The notes beneath the pieces are model-generated. The model worked only from the letters and a program-made list of their open reading frames with translations, was not told where the DNA came from and ran no database searches. 64,000 bases of DNA, from NCBI RefSeq assembly GCF_009914755.1, contig NC_060926.1; one strand, 5' to 3'. Shown here in pieces: positions 52,181-64,000 of the stretch. The DNA is from the human T2T-CHM13v2.0 reference genome, Homo sapiens. Both the position numbers and the translations under genes were made by a program. The stretch's first letter is position 1, and every line of letters starts with the position of its first letter.

Positions 52181-54397
52181 TCAGAAGGTTTTATTGCAAA
52201 CAAATAAGAAAAATATGTGTTTATGGTAATTAGTGTATAGCTATGCTTTTAACTTGAATCCTCCTTTAGTTATTGATCATTTCTGATAATTTGGCATAGT
52301 TGAGATAATCATGGACACAGGACAAGTTTTATTGCTGCCATTAATTTAAATGTAGGCAGTTACAGTAATTTATCCTGTAAGTATTCATCTTCAGCCTGCT
52401 TAAATATTATAGAAAGAGCAATAATTGCTATAGGCAGGAATATTAAAAATGGTGATAGATAGTAGAAACCTGAAAAGGGTTAAATCCACAGAGATCTGAA
52501 AATTGGTTAGTTTGTCAAATCAAAAGCATAATGATTGTGTATCAGAAGAGGGCAGCAAAGTGCAGCCCAGGCCAAAAATCTGAACTTGACCAAGTGCCCT
52601 GATGTGAGATGAAGAGTATGACTAAAGACCCCTGGAGAGTGAGTGCAACATTTAGCAATAGAGAAGTGTAGGAGAACCAAGAAACTAATCCACTGTCTTT
52701 GTACCAAGGGCAGTAGCCAATATAATATATAAAATTTTATAAGAATATAAAAGCAGTATTGTTTTCACTCTCATTATCACATTTTAATCTTTGAAACAAT
52801 TCTCCATGGCATGGATAACTAGATACTGTGTGTGGGAAACAATACTCAAAGAAGGAACTACTAGGAGAGACCAGAGCCAAGACTACTCTTAGATAACCCA
52901 GTCTAGGTGAGCATGAGGAGTGTCAGGTTGAGCAGAGGGAGAGTCTTTAAGGTTTCAGTCTAAAGAACAAAGGCCAAGAGCAGGGTCCAAGTATCACAGC
53001 AAAAGGAGAGCAGCAGGAAGCCAGAATTAGGGGACAGGTTGAGAGTCTGGATACATGATAGCTTTTGGATGGGATTGTGGGGATTAATTCTGAAGTCTTG
53101 GATAGCATTCCTCCTGACTAAAGATGACTTGTCATGCTTGTATCAGTGTGAGAACTCACATGGCTAAAAGAGATTTGTCCCGTTGGAAAACAAACCTTTT
53201 GATATTTCTTCATTGCCCAAAGTTATTAGTATGGCATTTAAAGTTGAGAATGATCTACTAATAACATTGCTATTTGTAGTCTTACTGCCTTCTTCCTATT
53301 TGATGCACTTACAGCATTTTATATATATTTCCTTTGTATAATTTAAAACATTGTATTAAACTTTTGGTTGATATATCTTTTCTCCCCGTCTTGTAGTGAG
53401 GTTGTTTCCAAAGGTAAATGTAGAATAGTGTTTTGGCTCTCCAGCATTTTTGTTGAATGAGTATGTTATTAGTACTTACCTCAGTATAGATGAATATGTT
53501 TTTTGCACTGTCATAGAGCATAACATTTTGCAACCAAATTATAGTTCACTGTCTACTTGTAACTAAAGTGATCATTACAGCCAAAATTAACACAAGTATT
53601 TTTGTATTGCAATGACAGAGGGATTCTTTGAATTGGGGCCTTATTATTAGAGGAAGTAAGTCCTAAGAAGCTCTATCGTTCCCATAAGCCTGTCAAAAAA
53701 CTGCCAATGCTCAGGACTTTAAACATTTCTGCTGTTTTAATAATATTTGCACAAGGGCATAATCAGAAAGCCACAATTAAAATACACATTACAAGTGCTT
53801 ACCTATCCATCTTCTCCCTTGCCCTCTCTTTATTATTTTCGAAGCCCTAATGACAAAAGAGAAAATTGCTCCTACCAGATTAAAACCTTTTGGTTTCTTT
53901 TTTACTAATAAACACGTTTTTCCCTTGACACTCACAAAATGTAAATATTTACTTTGTAGGTTATTTTAATTATTGGATTACTCTCTGAATTATTTGAGTC
54001 ACACTCAGTGCTTTCTAATTATTATCACACTTGTTTACATTTCTCTTTCTTAAATTTTAATCAGTGTATTTTGTGCTCAGTGAAGTAGCATGTCTAAAAC
54101 ATATTGCTTCAGACAGAAAATTAATATTGCTCAAAGATATAAAATTAATATTAATATTGGTTCAAAGATAGAAAATTAATATTGCTTTTAAAATTAAAAG
54201 TTAGGAGAACTACTTACTGAAGGCAAGCTTTATGCAATCTCTTACTCATTTTAACTGATTTAATAACAGAGCCCATATACCAATATCATGGTTGAAAGGC
54301 TTTGTGGAGAAATATTATTTTAACCACTGAAGTACCAAAAATAAACCTTCTGAAGCCATTGCTTAATTTCATATCTATATTTTAAAAGCATATCATA

Positions 54398-54715
54398 GGA
54401 CATGGATGAAGCTGGAAACCATCATTCTCAGCAAACTATCACAAGGACAAAAAACCAAACACCGCATGTTCTCAGTCATAGGTGGGAATTTAACAATGAG
54501 AACACTTGGACACAGGAAGGGGAACATCAGAACCCGGGGCCTGTTGTGGGGTGGAGGGATGGGGGAGGGATAGCATTAGGAGATATACCCAATGTAAATG
54601 ACGAGTTAATGGGTACAGCACACCAACATGGCACATGTATACATATGTAACAAACCTGCACGTTGTGCACATGTACCCTAAAACTTAAAAGTATAATAAA
54701 AAAAGAAAAGAAAAA
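54398..54715 (+). mobile_element. Short 5'-truncated L1PA (about PA4-5) 3' end
   Basis: ggacatggatgaagctggaaacc..poly(A); perfect TSD aaaagcatatcata (54384-54397, 54716-54729). Confidence 0.93.
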
Positions 54716-55992
54716 AAAAGCATATCATAAATTGTTATGGATTCATTCTTCTCTTGAAGAATATTTTGCTTGATTTTGGTTTTAGCTGATATAACATAAA
54801 GTTCTGAGATTAATAAAAAGTAATTATTATAGTGTACCCCCAAATTTTTTTCTAATATTTTCTGTTTTAACCAAGTCTGTAATGCTTTCAGTGATTATAT
54901 GGAAAGCAGCCATATAATTTAGATTTTTAAATGGCATAATCAAAATTTGCCCTTTGTTCCTAAAAGGACTTTCCATTTTAATAACAATACATTTATGAAT
55001 GTATGCTAAAGTATAAAATGTTCAAGTATAATATTTCTGCAATTTTGTTGACAAATTAAGGCTAACATAAACTCTGAAAATGTACTGTTTACTATTTCCG
55101 CTTCCAGTATCTAAACATTTGAAGAAATGTTTCGAACTGGAGCGAAAGTATTTTATACTTGTGTCGTAAGTTTTCCACAGACCATGACATAATAAATTGT
55201 ATTTTCTATTAATTTCAGAAGTATATCTTTAACATTGCAACACAATTCTAAATAAACAGGGAAAACTAACCTGAAGAAAGAAAATCATATGTTTCTTTCC
55301 ATTAACAACTTATATAGTAATTTAATTTTTTTTTCTGTTAGGAGGATAAAGTGAGTAAAAATTACGAACGTCATGTTGACCTTAGAAACAGCCATTCACT
55401 GCAATCTGTGTTATTTTTAAAGCTATGATTTGGCAAGACTTCTTTGTATTTTTTAAAAAAGCAAATTCATTTAGAATATACATCTGGACAACACCATTGC
55501 CATTTAGAAGAAAACACAAAGAAGTGAACATCGAAGAGTGCTTTTCTGTGTGTACTAACTTTGCATGGCAAAAGTTCAAAAGCAGCAGGAACTTCCCATC
55601 TGTTTGCAAGCTGTCTGAGACCACTTGATTTACAGAAATTCTATTTTCCTTTTGTAAAGGGCACACTTCTCTAACATTTTAAAAGAAATTTCAGTGTTAC
55701 TTAGGAGAAATGGGATCACAGTAGTAAACACACTGTTGGTGTGTATTATTTGTACACAGTAATAATTCTTAATTTGGTAATAACAAGAATTATACTTTCA
55801 AAACAAACGAAACCACTAATAGGTAGAATTACATTATTTATGAAAGAACTCAGAAGAAGCAATAAAAACAAATAACTGAATCATGTGAAAGCATAGTACA
55901 CAGGTGATAAAACAGATTATAAAATATATAGTGGATTCAGTCAATCATTGACAGATTTTTGGAAAGATATTGCACTTGCGAGCATGTGTGCG

Positions 55993-56014
55993 CACACACA
56001 CACACACACACACA
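55993..56014. repeat. (CA)n microsatellite
   Basis: Direct reading. Confidence 0.9.
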
Positions 56015-56180
56015 TTTCCTTTTCAGAGTAGAAATATTGCCCTTGTATTTAGTATCCAGTTTTATCCCATTGTTTTTGAAGACCAGGATGTGATTCACTC
56101 TAAAAATAGCTTCCCCCAGTATAAAGTGTCTGAACAAAAATAGTTTGTTGTTGTACTGTTCAGGAAAGTCTAAAGATCTT

Positions 56181-56182
56181 TG

Positions 56183-56217
<35 letters not shown>

Positions 56218-56231
56218 GTGTATGTGTGTGT
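56181..56231. repeat. (TG)n microsatellite
   Basis: Direct reading. Confidence 0.9.
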
Positions 56232-58109
56232 AACGGTTAACAGCCTCATAACATTTCTAAATAATTACTATATAATTGAGCACGATATGCTGAAGAATTG
56301 TTTAATGGCTTCAGATATTAGGAACATAAAAGAATAAGTTAATTCTTATATACAATGGTTAAGTATCAATCTTTTGTATTTATAATTAAATGCATTTTTC
56401 TTCTTTATGTAATTTATTTTAATTGTAATAACCTGGTCATATTTTTAAGTAAACACTTAAAATTTTATAATTTTCTCTTTTAATATATACTACATTTAGT
56501 ATATTTTAGGTGAACCAACATCCCAGTGGGGAATGATTTTGTCTTTGTAATATAAAACACCTTATGGCACAAAGGACAAAGCAATCAAATGAGAAATTAA
56601 TTATAAATATTTGTTTTCTCTTGTTATTCTTGTTTGCCTTAAATTAGATTATACTTAATTTTATTTTACAGCAGTGGGTTTTTTAATCTATCTTTTTTTA
56701 ATTCAAAAATACCATTAGCCAAAACCTTACTGATGTTAGACACAATATCCACATAGTAAGAGTTTTTTAAAAGCTTCTTGTTTTACACTTGTAATTATAA
56801 TTAACTTGGTGACTCTACTCAGAAGAGCAAATAAGAACATTAATTGCCATTAAATTCTGGTGATGTTGACAATGAAGCACACCTTAATTTCAATAATTAA
56901 GGGTATGGTCTTCTACTAGTTTCTTCTGCTGAAGTCCAAAGGGAGCATTTTTTAGTCTACTTCAGAATTCATTCAAGTGATTTTAAGATGAATACCTATT
57001 AATGTTAATGCAATACACTGTACTTGTGACAACAAAATTCTAGAACAACAGAATATTATTTACAACTGTAAAATTTTTAAAAAATAAATTATTAAATGGT
57101 TTTTATAATTGCAACGGCTGATACTCAATCATTTTTTCTGTCTATACTTTGTAGGGAAGTTTTCTTTTATTAATTCTCTACCAGTGTAACTCAGTGTTCA
57201 AAAGCAAGAAGCAGTCATTAGGGATGAGACAAACTCTCTTATGCATTAAAAGAACTGAGGGTTTTCTTATCTTTGCAAATGGTGATGAATATTCATTAAC
57301 CTAAGAAAAGATTTGCCAGCTGCAAATCTTTGCAAGGTGCTCCAGTTCTCCAAGCCAAAAGGAAAGGAAAAATTATAAAGCCTCTATTTATCTGTACCAC
57401 AAAGGATGAAGAAGATAAGCTTACAAAAGTGTTCTCGGGAGAAAAAATATCTCACTTCATACACTTTAGAGGAATATGTGCATTTAAATAAAAAACTGTG
57501 GTTTTTAGGTTTTTCTAAGGTTATCATAAAATGCCAAAAAGGGAAGAATATCTCATAATTATACTAATATTTAAGTTTATTTTTTTCTGCTATACTATAG
57601 GGATCTAGATGAAGGCTAAAGGTTTTTTCTCTTTCAAACAAAATATGACTCTCTGAACTAGCCCATATCTTACGTTATATTTAGTCAATATGAATGGGAA
57701 TGGAACACTTCTGCCTTATAGGAAGCATATCTTTCTTGTAAAAATCTGGGTTGAATTCTTCAATATTAAAATATCCATTATTTCAGTGTTTTCTTGTGTT
57801 AAAATCTCAACTACATTTAAAGTGAAAAAGAAAATACTCATATATGTTAGAAAAATGTTAACTATATTTACTATCATAGTATATTTTCAGATTTTGTGTT
57901 TCTTTAGACAAGAATATTCCCACATTTTAATGCACAACCTAAAATACAAAATTTGAAAGTTTTGTCTCCATTTTTTCCCATAGTTCATAGTAAGAGTTAC
58001 TAATGATCTGAAATCTATGATAATTTCTAATAGGAGAGAATGGATTTGTTTGCTTAAATCATAATTAGGAATAGTAAAACAATTATTTTGTTATTAAAAT
58101 ATTAGTTTA

Positions 58110-58444
58110 TTTCATTAAAAGATGTCCAGAAGGACAATCTTTTATATGGGTACCTTAGCACAAATTGTCAAAAAAGGACCATGGCCTGCTGTGGTGATTC
58201 AAATGCGTGGTGACTTAAATGATTTAAATAATATTAGCAATGTGGACATCTTTCATTGAATGATGTCCAGAAGGACAATCCCTTAATGAAAGTTGTCCAC
58301 GTTGCTAATGTTATCTTACTGGTGTCTTGGAACCATTTGGTTATGAAAAGAGGGGTAACACAAAGGAGTAGAAATGACTCATTTAAATCACCACAGCAGG
58401 CCATAGTCCTTTATTGGCAATTTGTGCTAAGGTATCTACCTAAA
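58110..58444. repeat. Nested inverted repeats plus direct repeat
   Basis: 55-bp arms 58151-58205/58380-58434; 29-bp arms 58229-58257/58285-58313; 19-bp direct repeat 58121-58139/58262-58280. Confidence 0.92.
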
Positions 58445-59651
58445 ATGGGAAGCATTTATCTTCCTAACCCAATGTTGTCCAAATGATTATTCTTGATAAG
58501 CTGTCAATGAGAATTCTCTGATTTCCTGTAACTTTGTGGGAATTCTATGTGTCCATATTCTCCCTTCATGAAAATGAAAACAGATCCATTTCTGAAGACA
58601 GGAGACCTCCTGCTAATAAAAGTATGCTTCATGTTCTAAAATTATACCATTAGATGATCCTTATCATAATAGCACAAAGAGATCAAAAGGATTAAGGCAC
58701 ACTTATAAACATTTTTTCTTCTGTAGGATAGTTGGAAGATACTACTAATAAATTATTTTGGTTATCTATAATGTACTTGTGTCTATGCATAATCATTTAG
58801 AGAAAATATTTTAATGTAATATAGTATATGTACAGTAAGCTGTTTTATTATTCAGGGTATATTCATTAGTAGATCTCAAGTTTAACTGAATTTCCAAATT
58901 TAGATCCCCTTATTGGAACAATCTTCCTACTGCCTCTCACTTGCTGATTTGGCTGACTGAGAGCTGATTCTCAATATAACTTCCTCAGAGAGGCCTTATT
59001 GAGCCTCCTTCCTCTTTCTCTAGGTAAGGTAAGACACCACTTATCTTCCCCCTTCTATAACATACTATACAATGTTAGTTATTTGATTGGTAGTTATATT
59101 CCACCCCTCTCAAAACAAATTCTCAGCTCCATAAAGCTATACACTCTCTGCATGTTTATCTATTTTATACATACTGTAACCATAGCACCTAGCAAGTTGA
59201 CTGACATGAAGTAGTCAATAAATAAGTGTTGAGTCAATAAATAAATACATGAAGTTTTTAGTGTTTTCCATTAGAACAACACAATTTGTTATATTGATTT
59301 TTAGTTTCATGCTCATACACTTTACTTGACTGGCATATCTTTACAAGTTGCCACCAATAATTGGTGAAACAAGATAATAGGTAGAAAATTATGGGGATGT
59401 GCAGCAAATAAGAATGATATCAGATACCTAAAACAAAAAAATATTCCACATCATAATCACCAATAATTAGTATTTTCATTCATTTATTCATTCATGTGCT
59501 GAAGTGAGCTCCTATCATGAGACACTAATGAAACAGCAATTATTAGACAGAAAATATCCCTGATCTTATGGAGGTTACATTTTAGTAGGTGCAAACAGTC
59601 CATATAAGCAAATGAATTAAAAATAATAATGATTGAAGAAAACAAATTTTC

Positions 59652-60055
59652 TATATTAGTCCATTCTCACATTGCTATAAATAACTACCTGAGGTTGGGT
59701 AATTTATAAAGAAAAAATGTTTAATTGACTCACAGTTCTGCAGGCTGTACAAAAAGCATGGATCGAGAGGCCTCAGGAAACTTACAATCATGGTGGAAGG
59801 CAAAGGAGAAGGAAATACCTCTTACATGGTTGGAGCAGGAGGAAGAGAGAGAGTGAAGTGGGAGGTGCTATACACTTTCAAACAACCAGATCTCATGAGA
59901 ATTCTATCATGAGACAGCACTAGGAGGATAGTGCTAAACCATTAGAACCCCCACCCCCACATGATCCAATCACCTCCCACCAGTCCCCACCTCCAATATT
60001 GGGAATTACAATTCAGGATGAGATTTGGGTGGGGATACAGAGCCAAATCATAACA
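59652..60055 (-). mobile_element. MSTA-like MaLR solo LTR within an L2 remnant (~59475-60190)
   Basis: tattagtccattctcacattgctataa..ggcctcaggaaacttacaatcatgg..gatacagagccaaatcataaca. Confidence 0.88.
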
Positions 60056-60310
60056 CAGGCCAATACAGTGGAGAGTAACTGGATGAGAAAGAGGGACAGA
60101 AAGAATCATTAAAGAAGGTGTTTGAAAAGATTGCTCTGAGGAAGTAATATTTGCCCTAATTCATAAGGAGTCAGTTAATGAAATGGGTATATCAATAAAA
60201 TCCAGCTTCTTTGATATCTTCAAGAAAATCATTAACCACATGAAACATATCTTAAGGGTACTCTTTAGCCTACAAATGATGGCTTGCCAAAGAGAACCTG
60301 AAAGTAATAC

Positions 60311-60674
60311 TTATATGGTTTGGCTGTGTCCCCACCCAAATCTCATCCTGAATTATAGCTCCCATAATCCCCACGTGTCATGGGAAGGATCCGGTGAGAG
60401 GTAATTGAATCATGGGGGTGGGTCTTTCCCTTGCTGTTCTCATCATAGTGAATAAGTCTCATAAGATCTGATGGTTTTATAAAGGGGAGTTCCCCTGCAC
60501 ACGCTATCTTGCCTGCCACCATGTAAGATGTGACTTTGCTCTTCCTTTGCCTTCTACCATGATTGTGAGGCCTCTCCAGCCATGTGGAACTGTGAGTCCA
60601 TTAAACCTCTTTCCTTTATAAATTACCCAGTCTTGGGTATATCTCTATTAGTAGCATAAAAGCAGACTAATACA
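60311..60674 (+). mobile_element. THE1B-like solo LTR
   Basis: atatggtttggctgtgtccccacccaaatctc ... agcagactaataca; perfect TSD aatac. Confidence 0.93.
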
Positions 60675-62009
60675 AATACATTATAAATGTAAAAGTATGA
60701 GTTAACTTATAAATTAATGTAGGTTAAAAAAATCATTTTTTAGGATCATAGCAAAGAATGTAAGAAATATTCTTTATGTTTGTTTCAAAATCTGACACTG
60801 GCAAAATGTAAGATCTGCTAAACCATAGTAGATTTCAGGAGACAGAGAAATGGAAACAGAAATAGAAATAAAGAGAGTGAAAGAAAGACTCTCCTTCATA
60901 TAAAGCATAGATACTATTACCAGCTTTCTTTTATTTTTGGTGTTTCCCAGAAAGCCGTGTTATCATCTATAGAAAAATATTTTTACTTAAATAGAGACAG
61001 CCAAGAATAAGGATGTTATCAGCTCTGGAATTTGCTTTGTTCAGTGGTCATGTGCAAAGTGCAGGAGATGAAAGATAGTTTAGTTCAGTTTAGTAACTGC
61101 TAAAACCAGAATAACTTTAATATGAGTTCTGTGGAATTAATCACATTAAGGGAACTTCTCACAGTACCTGACTTAGGGAAGAATTGAATGGTTATGCGTG
61201 CAGTGTTGCTTTGTCTGATATTTGTTTGGACCCTAAGCGTTAATTATAAATGAAATTACAGATGTTATATACTATGTTTCAATTGTCAGTCTATATTTAG
61301 CAGAAACAATTTTTTAAGAATTCAGTCATTCTTTAATGTGTTGGTTATACCCGTGTAAAATTGTGATTCAAAATTTTTATATCATTATTGCACCACAAGG
61401 AAGAAACCCTAATTAATTAAAGAAAAGCATAGAGATAATCACAAAACCACACCCCTTTGCCTTCAGAAAGTAAAACAAACAAACAAAAAATCCTGGACTA
61501 ATTTTATGTGGCATTTATAAACAGTATACATTTCATTGATACTTGTATTTTCAGAACTATAGTTCTCATACTTCACCAGCAAACAAAAGAGCGTCTTCTC
61601 TTCCTCTTCTCTTTGTCTGAATATTTAGGCAAATTCATGCTTGGAACACGTAAAATTAGAAATTCTTATAGTCTTTCTTGTCATTTCAGTGCTAAATATA
61701 AAAATATTAACGAGAGTTAGCTGTGTTTTTAGTTTAACTGCTCTTTGTTTTAATATTTGTAAAATCTGTTTTTCCCTCATACACTTCAAAAAATGCATAA
61801 AATATAAATAGAAGCTTATGTAAATTTTCTCTGTACTTTGTTTGGTTTTGTTGGTAGGGAGTGGGGCACAAGTAGAAATGTAGCTCTTTATCCTGTTCTT
61901 ATGTTTTGTTTCTTTAAATGAACATTTTCTGTAGCCCAGACCTCAGCAGGCTTCTGAGACCTTGTTGGTTGAGACCATTAGCTAACGCTAGTTAGTTAAC
62001 TTGAACAGT

Positions 62010-62830
62010 TAGTCCAGAGTACCTCCACTCACATTCTGGATCTGTTGCTTTTCATCTCTGTAACCTTCTGGAAACTGCTTGACTACTCTATACCTTATTT
62101 TACTCATTGATAAAATAAAGATCATAGTATTTTTCCCACTTTATAATGTCATTGTGAGGATTGACTGAGTTAATGTATGTAGAGTGCTTAGGATACATCT
62201 TATATAGAAGCATTACACAAAATGCTAGCTGCTATTATTATTGTCACTTTCCTCCATCTGAGGGGAGAGAAATATGCAGACCTTGTGTCCTACTTCTGTC
62301 TTTGAGACCTTGAGTATTGCAAAGACAAGTGTAGGAATGAAATTATTGTAATATCAGAGAAGTTGTGAAGATTACATTGGAAAGTACTTAGAAGAGTATC
62401 TAAAATATAGACCACATTAAATAAGCGAATTTACCTAACCATATCTTTTTCTTAGTTCATAGAATTTATAGGTTATTTTTGATTCATTTACTTTTTAACA
62501 AAAAGTGTACAGTGCTAAAAGGGGAATGAGTGTCCAAGACATTTGAGTTTTACTATTGCAGAAAGATATCTCAGCTTTTATTGAGCTAAGACTTTTTAAT
62601 ATATTAAGTGTTTCTATGCAGTCACATCTGAGATGAATGCTACCTCTGCTATTTCTTAGTTATGTGATGTTAAGAAAGTTACAAAAGCTCTGTGAATTTC
62701 AGTTTTTTTATTTGCAAAGTGGAGTCATAATGCCTATCTAAAAAATATTTATTGTGAAGATTTAAAAGATAGATTTAGAAAACTTAGCATCATGTACAGA
62801 GCACAGAGTAGTACTATATAAATGGTATTA
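62010..62830 (+). mobile_element. Cluster of MIR fragments (~62010-62245, ~62270-62430, ~62610-62830)
   Basis: ttgtgaggattgactgagttaatgtatgtagagtgctta; tcagttttttta..tgcaaagtggagtcataatgccta. Confidence 0.6.
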
Positions 62831-64000
62831 GATGCTCTCTAATTTTTTCCTGTCTAAATTATAATTTACTGTTTGGTTGACCTCAGCTTTTCACTGTTCT
62901 TGTGTAGTCATTCCTATTACCTACCAACTTAAATGGGGCAACATGCAAATAAAAACGTTGTTGACACAGAATACACTATACTCATGTTATAATTTTATAA
63001 TGAATAGTAATAACTTTTCTGCTATGGATTATCAATATTTGATCTCAGACCATCTGTTTTCTTTTCAATGTTCTCTCACTATCCCTTCTCTTTTGTGATT
63101 TTAACTATCATCTGTCCAGGCCCTTTGGCATGAAATTTCAGTCTTCCCTATCTCCTCCTTCTTTTACTCTTTTCATAATCAAACTTTTGCAAAATATTTC
63201 TGTGTATTTCTTTGAGAGAAAATTGAGTTCATTTGCCCCCTCTTATCTATCCTATTAGAAGAATTCCTGGTGAAAGTGTTAGTCACATTACAATGTTTGG
63301 CTTTGTTTTTCACATCAATGCTCATTTGTCCTTTTATTAAAAAATCTCCACTTAACCTGCATATTCTCTTATACTTGAAATTTGAAATTTGTTGCTGAAG
63401 ACCTGGATGTTCTCAGATTTTTCCTTATGTGTATGACATTTCTCTTTCTCTCTACTTCAGCATATACCCCTCTTTTTTCTTCAATTTCCTTTTATAAATT
63501 GAATAATTTAAAAATTCATCAGGATTATTGATCATTTTAAACAGTAACAAATACTATAAATATAATTTTAATTTACATTGAATTAATAATATTGTTTTGA
63601 AAGAAGGCAATATAATGATCAACAATTTTTTATTTGTTCAAATCTAGTAAAGTTCTAACTTAAGATATGTAATAATTATGACATATTTAAAATATGTCTT
63701 AGAAACTTATCTACCATAGTGGTACATAGATATATTTATAATGATGTAATAACCATAGTTTTAAGCAAACTAATTCACATTTTAATATGCATAAAATGCC
63801 ACATATGCAAAAGGAAAGACATTTTCTAGCTACATATGTACTTATTTAACTTGATGGACAAACAGTGGCTGGGAAAGTGCGGTTCACCCTGATTCCTTTA
63901 AAGTCGGGATGATTCCAATTTGATGAAACAAGAATGGAGAGTGGAGAAAAAGGAAAGGTTTAAAAAATGTTATTCCACTTGCATTTGTCTTCTTTGCTAA

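Noticed and set aside
58121-58280. Spaced direct repeats as a CRISPR-like array
   Set aside because: Only two copies, primate context, and the spacer is an inverted copy of adjacent DNA

Overview
AT-rich primate genomic DNA, probably human or great ape given AluY and L1PA2-type copies. It looks intergenic or deep-intronic. I find no supportable protein-coding gene: the longer ORFs are L1 ORF1/ORF2, ERVL or Alu remnants, or low-complexity repeats. The window is dominated by transposable elements: a ~16 kb nested L1 cluster (~21.3-37.0 kb) containing a U6 snRNA retrocopy, a HERVL/MLT2A fragment, an older ERVL fragment, five MaLR solo LTRs plus one inside the L1 cluster, Tigger-family DNA transposons, Alus, L2 and MIR. 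I see no evidence for a new multi-gene system. The most unusual signals are structural: a nested inverted/direct repeat in apparently unique sequence at ~58.1-58.45 kb, several templated-insertion or fold-back scars, a twin-primed L1, and a CpG-retaining hairpin with splice-like signals at ~55.1-55.35 kb. Subfamily names come from my recall of consensus sequences and were not computed. Boundaries without target-site duplications (TSDs) are approximate.
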